64,000 bases of DNA from an uncultured Methanomassiliicoccales archaeon (GTDB lineage: Archaea > Thermoplasmatota > Thermoplasmata > Methanomassiliicoccales > UBA472), in the NCBI GenBank assembly GCA_963695345.1, contig OY968769.1, positions 608,001-672,000 on the forward strand, read 5' to 3'. The notes beneath the pieces are model-generated. The model was not told the origin of the DNA. It saw only the letters and a program-made list of their open reading frames with translations, and did no database searches. This document shows, in pieces, positions 21,745 to 34,858 of this stretch (its first letter is position 1; each line of letters opens with the position of its first letter). A program made the position numbers and the translations under genes.

Positions 21745-24365
21745 TTAGCTCGACTCGTCGTCAGCCAGGTCTTCTGCATGACACTTTGCCGCGACGCAGA
21801 TCGGGACGACCTCGATCTTCTTGTATATCTCCTCCGGACGGACCACCGCTCCGCCCTTCATCAGCAGGTCGCTCTCGACCGATATCCCGAACAGGCTCTC
21901 GTTCTCCCTGAGGTAGGGCATGAGCAGTTCCCAGTCCTTGTCGGAGAGCTTCGATATGCGCCCGCCGTTGAGCTGGTCCTCGGTCACCTTGTTCCTCGGG
22001 TCGCGCACGTAGATGGCACCGCCGGATGCCAGGGAGAACAGGTTGCCTCCCGGGTAGGGCTCGGCCAGGTCGAACGCGTTGCCGTCGGCGTCGAATCCCA
22101 GTCCGTTCAGGACCACGAATCCTCCGCCGTTCAGCGGGTCGCCCGCCATGATCGACTCGGCCAGATAGTCCAGGCAGGTCCCGTTGATGACCACCCGCGG
22201 CTTTGCCCACGGCGTTGATCAGCGGCCTTCCGGCGGCGTTGCCGCGGATGTAGACGCTGCCTCCCTTGGCCCCGTACATGAAGGTCTGCCCAACGTCGCC
22301 ATGGATGACGAACTTGCCCGATGCCAGGATCTGCCCCAGCTGGTCCTGTCCGTTGCCGTGGATGATGACCTCGGCCCCGTCCAGACCGGACGCCAGGTAG
22401 TCTCCGGAGCTTCCGTAGACGTCCAGCTTGATGCCGGCCGTGCGCGGGCCCAGCCCGCAGCCGAAGAACCTCTGTCCGGTCGTCCCGAAGGTGATGATGT
22501 TCTTCCAGCCCAGTTCGGCGGCCCGGCAGATGACGTGCGATACTCCCTCCTCCCCTTCCATGGGGAATCCGGTGCAGTCGATGGCCATCGCCCTCTGGCC
22601 GTTCGGGGCGACCAGCGATTGATAGTTCTTCAGGTCCACCAGCGCGGCTGGCGACGATCTGTTCGACTCCACCCGGGGGGCCGATCGCAGCATCGACGCG
22701 ATGCCGTCCGTCAGGAGCGTCGTTATCCGGGCCCTGCGCAGCTTGCCGGTCGGGTACCGGCGGTCGAGCGCGATGGTCAGCAGGTCGATCCTCTTCTGGA
22801 ACTCGTCCCCGTTCTCGGACAGCGCCGACAGCGAGGATATCGTGTCGATGATCTCCTCGGCGGACGATGAAAGGACCGCGTGCTTCCACAGCTGGAACCC
22901 TTGTTCCACGGTACCGGAGAGCATCTTGTCGGCCAGTGCCGACCTCCTGCCCATGGGCAGCGGGTGGGCCATTATGGCATCCGCGGCCATGTCGAACTCC
23001 TTCCCCGGGACCGTGACGCGCGCCCCGAACTTGTTGTTGCAGGTCAGCTGGCGCCCTTTGCCCGGGATGTCCTTCCCGAGGTTGAAGATGAACGACCCGC
23101 CGTCGGTGTGGCTCCCGCCCCGTGGCGTTCCAATACATGTCCGCCTGCAGCGGCAGTGTCTTGTAGTAGCTTGCCAGACTGAGCAGCGCGGAATCGATGG
23201 CCTGCTTCTCCGAGGCGATCAGGCCGATCTGCATCTCCCCCTCGACCAGCGCGAAGACCTGGGGCCTCAGCATCGAGGTGTCGGTGATCCCGATCAGCTG
23301 CAGCTTGTCATTGTAGTGGTCGTTGCGGCTGATGATGAAGAACCAGGGGCCGTCCGGCGAGCGGTGCAGGTGGGTCGACTGGATCGCCCGGTAGATCTTC
23401 TGCTTCTCCGGCGACAGCTGGTGGAAGTCCCTCTCGGTTGTCGGTGCGAGCGCCTCCAGGATGTATTCCAGCGGGTACCCGTAGACCCGGTTGAGCAGGT
23501 CGAACAGCAGCACCGATACCTCGGTGTCGGTCAGGAACAGCGGCTTGATGCCTTTCTGTCCCAGGTATTCGGTCACCGAGACGTAGTTGGCGAAGTCGCC
23601 ATTGTGCACCAGCGCCTCGTCCAGGCCCATGAACGGATGCGCTCCGCCGGGATGCCACACGCGACCCTTGGTGGGATATCTCTGATGTCCGATCCAGATG
23701 TTGGCCTTGAAGTCCTCCATCTTGTAGTAACGGATGACGTCCTCGGCGTAGCCGACGATCTTCATGATCAGCATGTTCCGGCCCTGGGACATGACGAACG
23801 CCTGCATCGCATTGTTCGCGTAGAACTTCTGGTTGATCTCGAAGCTGGTCTGGTTGACGTATTCGTCCTCCACCTGGCCGCGGGCTATCTCCTGGAGCTC
23901 GTTCTCAACGATGAACTTGTCCAGCCTGGCCGGCTTGGCCCGGCAGAAGTAGCGGACGACGGTCGGCGGCCTGACCTCCAGCCTGGCGAGCAGGACCGGC
24001 TCATTGCTGATGGGCACCACGTGCGATGACCTGACGTCGTACCGCTCCTGGATGAACTCCTTCTCCAGCTGTTCCCGCACCTCATCCTTCAGATACGCCA
24101 CCTGGACCAGGTAGTGGCTCTCCAGCGTCTGCCTGTCCACCCCCAGCTGCTCCGGGACCAGGCCCACGGCGGATATGCCGCCGCCCTTGCCGTTGCCCCG
24201 GTTGTGCATCTGTTCCAGCGGCTGCAGTATGTGACAGCCTTCCACCGGCTTCGAGGCGGCCAGTCCGACCACTCCGCATCCGCCCTCGGCCTCCTGGGGC
24301 AGGTACTTGAACGGGTCCTTGGTGATCTTCCTTCTCGATTGCAGTATCTTGTTGGCGGAATCCAT
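21745..24365 (-). CDS. Glutamate synthase amidotransferase (GltB1) fused to GXGXG domain (GltB3), frameshifted
   Basis: EGGCGVVG (Ntn Cys), HNRGNG, HQRYPT, AHPF, HNGD; C-terminal GSSGDYL, HGNGQD, GDVGQTFMYGAKGG; breaks near 23120 and 22200. Confidence 0.9.
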
Positions 24366-25867
24366 CACAGCATCCTCCCGGGTGTTCCGTTGTAGCGGAG
24401 CAGGTCCGTCCTGCCCCTCAGCTCGGTTATGTCCTTCATGTCCAGGCGGTGCAGCAGCTCCTTCCATTGCATCTGCCAGGACTGGTACAGGTTGCCCAGC
24501 CTCTTGGCCTGGGATTGGGATCTCGTTCAGCACTTCCAGCTCCAGGTCGGTGGTGGCTATTCCGCGGGGGCAGCCCCTGCCGCTCTCGCAGTTCGCGCAC
24601 CGGACGCATCCCATGGCCACCATTTCCGCCGTGCCGATGACGACACCGTCTGCGCCCAGGCAGATGGCCTTGGCGATGTCCATGGCGGTCCTCATGCCGC
24701 CGCTGCAGATCAGGGTCACGTCCTCCCTGATGCCCTCCTTCTCCAGGAAGCGGTGCACCTTCGGTATGGCGTACTCGATCGGCTGGGCGATGTTCTTCTT
24801 GGCGATCTCCGGAGCCGCGCCGGTACCTCCGTATCCGCCGTCCAGGTGGACGATGTTGGCGCCGGCGTAGTAGGAGCCGACCGCCACCATCTCGACGTCG
24901 TTGGGCGTCGACACCTTGACCGACAGCAGCGCCTTCGGGTTCACCGCGTGGATCCAGTCCAGGTGCTTCTTGTGGTCCTCGACCGAGTACACGCTGTGGA
25001 ACGGGAACGGGAGAGAACAGACTGGTGTAGGGCACCGCCTCTCTCATCTTGGCCACCTCGGGGGTGTTCTTCTCGTACAGCAGATGTCCGCCGAGACCGG
25101 GCTTCGCGCCCTGGGCGTACTTGAACTCCACGATCGGGGCGCGCTTGATGGTCTCCTCGCGGACACCGAACAGCCCGGTAGCGATCTGGGTGATGACGTG
25201 GTCCTTGTACGGGATGAGCATGTCCGGATAACCGCCCTCGCCAGTGCAGGTGAAGGTGTTCCATTTCGTGGCCGCTATGGCCTTTGCTAACATCGTCCGC
25301 TTGCTGACGGAGCCGAACGACATGCCGCCGCCGTAGACCGGGATGTCGATCTTGACCCGCGGTCCATACTTGCGGTGGTTCAGGTCGATCGCGGTGGATA
25401 TCTCCTCCGGATGGAAATTGCCCTTGGCGGCCGGGATCTGCGATCGAGATCCGGTCGAAGCCGCCGCCCGAGTTGGCATGCTGGGCGTAGTGGTCCAGCG
25501 GGATCGGCTGACCGGTCTCCGCCTGCTTCCAGGTGGCGATGATCATGTCCGGGGTCCAGCGGGGGTCGCCCATGCTGGCGAACACCGGGTTCGGCGAGAC
25601 CGACAACGATTGGGTGGGGCAGTTCTTGACGCAGTAGAACGCGTTCGAGGAGCAGGTCGGGCCGATGCACTTGGCATCCGCCGGCGGCAGCATCTTGACG
25701 TGTCCCTCCACGCGGCGGTGCACGCCGTAGGGGCAGAGCGACTCGCAAAGCCCGCAGTTGATGCAGTTGTCCGCCCGGGTGACCCGGTACCGGGCCATTC
25801 TCTTCAGCAGCATCGACGGAACGGCGTTGAAGTCCTCATCCATGATCTCGGTTGACATTGCGCACAT
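24365..25867 (-). CDS. FMN-binding glutamate synthase subunit (GltB2) with N-terminal ferredoxin domain, frameshifted
   Basis: CINCGLCESLC; GGMSFGS, TGEGG, KYAQGAKPGLGGHL, DGGYGGTGAAP, SGGMR, CVRCANCESGRGCPRGIAT. Confidence 0.9.
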
Positions 25868-25868
25868 C

Positions 25869-27239
25869 TCACGCACCTCCCTGTAAGTTGGAGAACGCAT
25901 CCCTTTCGGCGTCCTCGTAGAATATGGCACGGCCGGTCTCACCGCGCAGGCGGCGGGCCTCCCTAATGCCCATGGCCCCCATCACTTCCAGCAGCTGGTC
26001 CCTCCAGGCGCCCATCATGTTGACCACCCTCCAGTAGGCGTAATCGGTGGTGATCTTGCTTCCGATCCATCGGACAGACCGGGCAGGACGGGCCTCCGTG
26101 GCATCCCAACGCCACCTTCAGCGCCTGTTCCAGTACGATAGCGTCGGCACCGCAGATCAGGCTCTTCGGCACATGTTCCGCCGCGGCCAGACCGCCGGCG
26201 GCTATGATGCTGACGGATTCCCTCACTGACGCGTTGGCCAGCGCCTTGTTTATCGCCAGCAGCGAGTCCTTGGCCAGACGCTTGGTCCCTTTCTCCTGGC
26301 CCTGCTCGTCGTAGAGCAGGTGGATGATGTCGATGCCGCCGGAGACCAGCTCCAAGGCGACGCTTCTCGACCCCTTCGGCCGTCTCCACCCTCGCGCCGA
26401 ACGATGGCGTCGGGGAACCGGGCGGTGAGGGCCTGCGAGGTCCTCTTTCCAGGCCGGGGACATCTCGAACTCGACGATGCTGGGCGAGGTCACCGTCTCT
26501 ACCGAGGTCCTTGCCTGGCGAGAAGACCGGCACCAGCAGGCGCATTGCCTCGGTCGTCACCTCCGGCAGTTTCGTCCCGGCCGGGGAAGAACAGGTACGT
26601 TCCCAGCGTGGCCGCCGCCTTGATCAGGCCTTCCAGGGGTGCCGCCCTGAGGTCGGCCGAGCGGCACACGTCCATCATCATCGGCACGGGCAGCTCGACG
26701 AACTTCGGCATCTCGGTGAGCAGATTTCCTTTCTCATCGAACTCCAGGTGATCGACCCTCTTTCCCAGGTCGACGCTGGTGGATATGTATTCCCTTCCGT
26801 GGATGCCGTCCCTGGTGGGACGGACGATCTCGGACATGTCCGTCCACATGGAATCGTAGCCGGGACCGACGTACATGCCCCGGTAACCGGCCCCGTACAC
26901 CGGCAGCTTGCCGGTCTGGGATTCGTTCCAGATGGTGTTGACCCGGGTGCGGTGTCCAGATTCCACCGCCTAGCGCCAGGTATTCGTTCGAGTACTTGCA
27001 CGGTCAGCGCCCTCTGGGGGCAGTTCTCGACGCAGCGCAGGCAGTTCTTGCACAGGTAGGCCTTCGGTTCGGCCATGACCCTGGGGTCCTTGGCGTCGCG
27101 TTCGTGCACACCGTAGATGCATTGGTCGGCGCACCGGCCGCAGTTCATGCAACGGTCGTCCCGGATGACGGCGTTCTTGGCGAACGGCTCTCTCCGGCAA
27201 CGGAAGCTCCTTCTTGGGGAGGTGGTAGCGCTCGTACAT
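25869..27239 (-). CDS. Glutamate synthase-related protein: 2x[4Fe-4S] domain plus degenerate GltB2-like barrel, frameshifted
   Basis: CMNCGRCADQC, CKNCLRCVENC; GYDSMWTDMSEIVRP, SIIAAGG, KSLICGADA, WRDQLLEVMGAMG. Confidence 0.8.
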
Positions 27240-27240
27240 C

Positions 27241-29234
27241 TCAGTTACCTCCTTCGACGTTCTTGCTGGGAGACCCAAGCACCAGCCCGCGGTCGACCAG
27301 CGCGTCGTATGCCGCGGAGTTCTCCGCCTGCTCCACGAACCGCTTGACCATCTCGTCGTTCCTTGCCGTGCTGTTCCTCCAGCCGCCTTTCCATCTCCTC
27401 GTAGACCGGGATCAGGTGGAGCTTCGACTGGCACACCTGCTCGCAGGCCTTGCATCTCATGCACAGGAAGGTCGCATGGGCGTGCTCCTTGGTCACCGCC
27501 CCGTAGGTGTCCATCTTCCTGGCGGTGAGAAGCTTGCCCCTGGCAGTGACACGCTCGTCCTTGGTCAGCATGTACGCCGGGCAGACTCCGACGCACGCTC
27601 CGCACATGGCGCACTCGTCGGCGGTGTCCAGCAGCAGGTCCTTTCCCTGCCGTTCCATGATCTCTCCCGAGGCAATGACCTTGACCGCCGGTGCCGCCAC
27701 CGGGGACAGGGCGTTGACCATCTTGAGGACCGACCCCAGTACGCCTGGACTGAACAAAGTGGCCGGCAAACCGCCCAGCCTGCCGCTGAGCCTGGGGAAC
27801 TTGCCCCGGTTCATGATGTTGGCCGGGTCCATCTGCTTCTTGGCGTCGAGCAGGGCGGTCTTCTCGTGGACGTCGCCATAGTCGACGAACAGGTGGTTCC
27901 ATACTCCGAATGAGTAGGGAGTCGCCCCTTCCTCGTACAGTGCCTTGCTGATGAGGAGACCACGGAACGAGTCCATGGTGTACTTCAGCTGCTTGGTCTG
28001 GTCGGTTATGTAGTAACAGAGGAGCATGCCGTCCCCGTTGCCGAGGAAATGAATCTCCATCATCGGCTCGAGGCCATGCTGGTCGCATATCTCGAGTGCC
28101 TTGGCCACGATCTTGGACATCCTTTCCTTGGGTGCCAGCACCTCGGAGCCCATCAGCCCCGGTCCGAGCTTGCGGAACTTCATGGGGAAGAACCGCTCGT
28201 TCCACATCAGGAATGATAGGTAGGGCTGGGCCAGCTTTGCCATCCTTCGGGACGGCGTTGGCGGCAGCGTCCTTGTCGTTCTCGTAGGTGGCCATGATGC
28301 CGTGCGCCTCCGGGTAGTCACCCCTGCCTAGTACCTGGTTCAGGCCCTTGAACTTGGCCGGGCTGAAATAGGTCAGGTCCATGGGTTTCTTGTCGGAGGT
28401 GGCGAGCTTGCCGGCGTACTCGATGGCCTTCTCGTGGTCGGAGAAGAAGACGAGCCTTGGCGCTACCGTCCTCAGCCTTTCGCGGACCTGGAGCGTGACC
28501 GACGCGATGACGACCAGCTGGCCTTCGCTGCCGAAGACAGGATGGAAGAGAGGGTCCTTGGGAGTCAGCTTCTTGACCTCGCCGAGGGAGGTGACCACCT
28601 CGACCTCTTCCACGGAGTCTATGAGCCTCCCGGCGGACACGGTGCCTACGCCGATACCGCCGCAGGCGATCCAACCGCCCACCGTCGAAAACCTGCTGGA
28701 TGGTGAGGATTTGACGCTCATTCCCTTCTTCTCCAGGAACCAGTCCAGGTCGGCCCACCGGATACCCGCCTCGACCTTGACGGTCCTCCGGACCGGGTCG
28801 AAGGAGATCACGTTGTTCATGGTGTTCATGTCCAGGACGATGCCGCCCTTGACCGGCATGGAACCTCCGAACGGCGAGGAGCCGGCCCCTCGGACGATCA
28901 CCGGGATCTTCTTGGAGGCGGCGTAGGTCAACAGCGCCTGGATGGCCGAGACGGAGAATGGCTGGGCGAGAACGTCCGGGACGCTGTCGAACATGGTCGA
29001 GCGGAGCATGTCCGGCACATCCGCCTGGTCCCTCGAATAGAGGGCGAGCGCCCCTTTCGCCGATATGATCTTCAGGTCCGGTATGTTCAGGGCCATGATG
29101 CCCTTGGTGACCTTTCCCTTCTGCACCTCTCCCTCCTCAGGGAACAGGTCCTGGGCGGTCTGCTTTACTGCCCACGGGTCGGTCTTTCTATCATTTTCTG
29201 AGCCATCGAGTGCGGTTGTTGAAGCGGCATTCAT
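27241..29234 (-). CDS. FAD-binding (PCMH/GlcD-fold) oxidoreductase with C-terminal 2x[4Fe-4S] domain, frameshift near 28230
   Basis: RGAGSSPFGG, VEAG, TVGG, GSEGQL, DPANIMNRGK; CAMCGACVGVC, CMRCKACEQVC. Confidence 0.88.
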
Positions 29235-29931
29235 GCTGGATATCCCCCTCTAGATTTGTTGTCTTCGGAAATCTGTCGATCGCGATCAATACGATGAACA
29301 TTATCGCCCTGGCGGTTAACATTGCCAGGCATTCGGTCGAAGGCGTCTATGGCCAGCACTGAGTACGCTCGGACCCCCTTACGCTCCGCATCCGCCATTT
29401 CATCACCTTGCAATGCGCCGATCATCCCAGGACCACCATTCCTCGTCCATCGCTCGCCCCTCCCGAGCTTGGACGCTTGTGTAATAGTACCGCGGGTTGC
29501 GATAACAGGCCTCAGATAGCGAATCAGGTCTTATAGCTTATGCATATGTCTAATTCAAGCCCCGAAATACCTTCAATAACTGATTAATGAATGTTATTTC
29601 AACGTTTTTTTAGACGAATGTCGGGCAGATTCATCGAATGGATAGTCTCATTGCCTAAGGAATTCCTCTGTTATTGGACAGATATGTTCAGAAATGCGAG
29701 GATGTATTAGATGTTTATCTAAAAATTGGCCAAATTCATGCTCAACAATTGGAAAGGATTCTGTGCAACTTATAATTAACGACCCTGTAATTATGAAATC
29801 GCTGCTGATCCCGAGCATATTGAGCACTCGGGATGATAGGACCTCTACGGTAACCTTCATCAATGAACATGCGGAGCCAGGGAAGTGCCGGGAATGGGAT
29901 TGAGCCGGGCGATGCCCCGACAGCAACAACA

Positions 29932-31539
29932 TCAGCCGTACTTGTGATTGATCGCGGCCTTTATCAGCCCGAGGTGCAGAGGCGAGGGCTTGTTCGGTCT
30001 CGACCTGAACTCCGGATGGAACTGGCACGCCACAAAGTATGGGTGATCTCCCTGATATTCGCCAATTTCCATCTTCACCCCGTCGGCCGATCTTCCGGTG
30101 AACTTCCACCCGGCGGATTCGAGCTGTTCTATGAACTTCGGGTTCACCTCGTACCTGTGCCGGTGCCTCTCCATGATCAGCTCCTTTCCATAGAGATCAT
30201 AGGCTATGCCCTTAGTGACCATGACCGGCTGGGCCCCTAGCCTCATGGAGGCTCCCTTCTTGACGACGTTCTTCTGCTCCGGGAGCAGGTCCACCACCGG
30301 GTAGGCGTTGTCCTTGTCGAACTCGGTGGAGTTGGCGCCTGACATCCCCAGTATGTCCCGGGCGATCTCCATGGTAGCGATCTGGAACCCGAGACAGACC
30401 CCAAGATACGGCACCTTGTTCTCCCGGGCGTATCTGGCAGCCATTATCTTGCCCTCTATGCCCCGGTTTCCGAACCCTCCTGGGATCAGGATCGCGTCGG
30501 CCTTCTGCAATTCTTCGGTGACGCCGAACTGCTGCACCACCTCAGAATCGACGAAGATGAGCTCGACCTTGGTCCCGGCCTCGGCCCCAGCATGGTGAAA
30601 GGCCTCGAAATGCGATATGTATGAATCGGCCAGATGGGTATACTTCCCGACACAGGCGACCTTGACAGTCTTGTTCGGGTTGAGGATGCGGTGAGCGAAC
30701 TCCTTCCATTCAGTAAGGTCGAAGCCCTTGGGTTCAAGCTTCAATCGGTGAAGAAGGAAATCGGTGAGGCCCTGCTCCTCGAGGATCATCGGGACCTCGT
30801 AGATGGAGCTCGCATCCGGACAGGAGACCACCGCCTCCACCGGGACGTCGCAGAAGAGCGATATCTTCCTCTTGATCGACTCCTCCAAAGGCTCCTTGGC
30901 CCGGCAGACTATCACGTCAGGCTGAATACCGATGGCACGGAGCTCCTTGACCGAGTGCTGGGTCGGCTTGGTCTTCTGCTCCCCCACCACGCCCATGATC
31001 GGGACCAGGGTGGTATGTACATAGATGCAGTGCTCGCCTTTTCCCAGATCCGCGTTCATTTCCCGGACGGCTTCCAGGAAAGGCATGGACTCGATGTCAC
31101 CTACCGTCCCGCCCAGCTCGACGATGCAGACGTCCGCGCCGGTCGCCTCTGAAACGATGGTGATCTGGTTCTTGATCTCGTTGGTGATGTGGGGAATGAT
31201 CTGGACCGTCTTGCCCAGGTATTCGCCGCACCTTTCCTTTTCGATCACCATCCGGTAGATCTTTCCGGTGGTGATGTTGTGATTGTTGGTCAGGCTGATG
31301 TCTAGGAACCTTTCGTAGTTGCCTAGGTCCAGGTCGACCTCTCCGCCGTCATCCAGCACGAACACTTCACCATGCTCGAACGGGTTCATCGTCCCTGCGT
31401 CGACATTGAGGTAGGGATCGATCTTGATGGCGGTGACCTTGAGCCCGCGGGATTTGAACAGCCTACCGATCGATGAGGCGGTTATCCCTTTGCCGAGCCC
31501 GGAAATTACTCCCCCAGTAACAAAAATGTACTTCATCAA
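29932..31539 (-). CDS. pyrG: CTP synthase
   Basis: [40 protein letters not shown]. Confidence 0.98.
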   Translation of the reverse strand: MMKYIFVTGGVISGLGKGITASSIGRLFKSRGLKVTAIKIDPYLNVDAGTMNPFEHGEVFVLDDGGEVDLDLGNYERFLDISLTNNHNITTGKIYRMVIEKERCGEYLGKTVQIIPHITNEIKNQITIVSEATGADVCIVELGGTVGDIESMPFLEAVREMNADLGKGEHCIYVHTTLVPIMGVVGEQKTKPTQHSVKELRAIGIQPDVIVCRAKEPLEESIKRKISLFCDVPVEAVVSCPDASSIYEVPMILEEQGLTDFLLHRLKLEPKGFDLTEWKEFAHRILNPNKTVKVACVGKYTHLADSYISHFEAFHHAGAEAGTKVELIFVDSEVVQQFGVTEELQKADAILIPGGFGNRGIEGKIMAARYARENKVPYLGVCLGFQIATMEIARDILGMSGANSTEFDKDNAYPVVDLLPEQKNVVKKGASMRLGAQPVMVTKGIAYDLYGKELIMERHRHRYEVNPKFIEQLESAGWKFTGRSADGVKMEIGEYQGDHPYFVACQFHPEFRSRPNKPSPLHLGLIKAAINHKYG

Positions 31540-31734
31540 TTCACGGGAAATGACCATAATCCAGATGCATATTTATTGTTTGTCTTTTAGACAAAAAATC
31601 GATGGCGATGAATCTGATTTAGTAGAAATGACAAAGAATAATGGAATGACGATCGATGTTTGTTTTAGTGCCTGGTAACCCTGCGGGAATTGGTCGGGGA
31701 AAACACTCGATTGCTCTCGTGCTTCCCCTTGCGT

Positions 31735-33204
<1,470 letters not shown>

Positions 33205-33460
33205 CGATCCTATGCTTAATCCATGATTACTGCTAAGGATTTAACACGAAATTGGCAGGATTACCAAGTTTCACCAGCGATACCACTTCAATATTAGTGA
33301 TATTCGCCATCGATCGTCAGAACCAAGAGAGCACGTCATTCTTGACGGAGATCTCAGTTCTCCATTATCGCTCACAGCTCTTTTTAGCTATACAGGCCAT
33401 TCGACCCATACTGCTCTTTTTATGCTGTGTCTTAGCGTAGAATCCCCTTAACTTCGGTCA

Positions 33461-33559
33461 CATATATAACCGTTTGGTTTAGGGGGCTTCTTTCGCCTTT
33501 CCCATGCCTTTCATGGCAAGGTAGCCCCTCACCTCGGTTTTGATATATAAACCTTTTCC
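33461..33559 (-). promoter_or_regulatory. Tandem BRE/TATA promoters of the 16S gene
   Basis: Minus-strand AAACGGTTATATATG (33461-33475) and GGAAAAGGTTTATATAT (33543-33559). Confidence 0.7.
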
Positions 33560-33957
33560 AAGGGGGCTTTTTGGTGTCTTACGGTGCAATCCGACCCCAT
33601 GGATGGGGCCGATTTCATCGTATTATCGGCTAACACCTCATCATACATATACTCTGCGGAGAACCCCGATGATGTGTTGACCCTGCCAAGGGTGGATTTG
33701 CGCCGGATCTTCGGATGAAACCAATTAAAAACGAATTGAAAAAAGTTAAAAGATCGTGGTGAAAAGGTAAGAAATGGTTCTGGACCGTGTCTTTGATAAA
33801 GGTCATTCCGAAACGTCCACATAATAGAAGGTTGACCGGTCGGGCAATGAGCCAAAAACGTGGCATAGAAGTCATCCTGGATATGAAGATCCCGGCCCAG
33901 AGAATTTGCAGGTCGGGGAAACTGAGGGATAATGATTGAAGGGCTGGAACGGGTGAC

Positions 33958-34248
33958 TTATCGTTCGATATGGTTCCCAAGGACGATCTCGGCCGCAAGA
34001 AACGCGAACACCGAGAGGAGCAATACAGGAATGCTCTCCACGATTACCCTTAGAGGGTCGGCCCATATCCTAGGGAAAGCAAGGAGGAACAATAAGAACG
34101 CCCACACCGAGCAACAGAGGAACACGCTCCAAGAACCCGCTGGCCAGGGGGGTCATCGAGCCGATACCAGGAGGACGGTCGAGCTGGTGATGAAGCTGAC
34201 CTGCCATCACATAAGGTCCTTCAGAGCACTCTGCCTGAAATATTGCAT
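33958..34248 (-). pseudogene. Remnant of a small membrane protein gene with two in-frame TGA
   Basis: One hydrophobic frame interrupted by TGA at 34207-34209 and 34153-34155. Confidence 0.4.
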
Positions 34249-34311
34249 GTGCCTATCAAAATATTGAACCAAACCGCGTGCGGTGGGAACTCCCTATTGT
34301 CACGGCACCCC

Positions 34312-34770
34312 CTAGTCGCTCATTCGAAAGGGATATTCTCTAGTAGAATAGTTCCAGGCTGACAATTTCTCCCACGGGCTTGTCTTCATCGCCCATAACA
34401 GGCAACGCATCCCATTCTTCACCATCGCATTGAGGACGTTCCGAGCTTGGCATCTCTCCTCACTTTGGTCACCTTTTGGAACGCACCCCTCACATCGTCC
34501 CCCCAGGGGCGTCGCGCATGAAACGGTAAAAGGAAAAGTGCTCTCCCCATCACCCCGACCTTTGTTGCCTAGGAGCTTAAGGAGCGTTCTCTTGGTAATG
34601 ACCTCCACGAATCGTCCCCTTCATCCATTACGTACACTTTGTTAGAAGGGGGTTGCGAAGCATCTCCTCATTTGCATCCCTAATCCTCGAACCTTCCTTG
34701 ACCACAGAGGGCTTTTTGAACAATCTCCTAACGTCCCCACCAGAGTATCTTGAAAGCTCTTCTCGACATC
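34312..34770 (-). pseudogene. Decayed CBS-domain gene, paralog of 36795-37268
   Basis: Fragments EMLRNPLLTK/VYVMD, TLLKLLG, KPVGEIVSLELF align by eye with QMLLNPLSRKVYVVD, TILRLMG, KLIGELVSLELF. Confidence 0.7.
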
Positions 34771-34858
34771 TACCTTGCCTCGTCCATATGGAGCTAGGCA
34801 TAAAGCGAGCTCTCATCCTGTCCATTCACATCAGATGGTCGATAGGTGTAGGTCCGCA

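Noticed and set aside
22131-24992. Apparent GltB2-GltB1 fusion ORF (953 aa)
   Set aside because: Chimeric frame caused by indels; a TGATG stop/start overlap at 24363-24367 separates the genes
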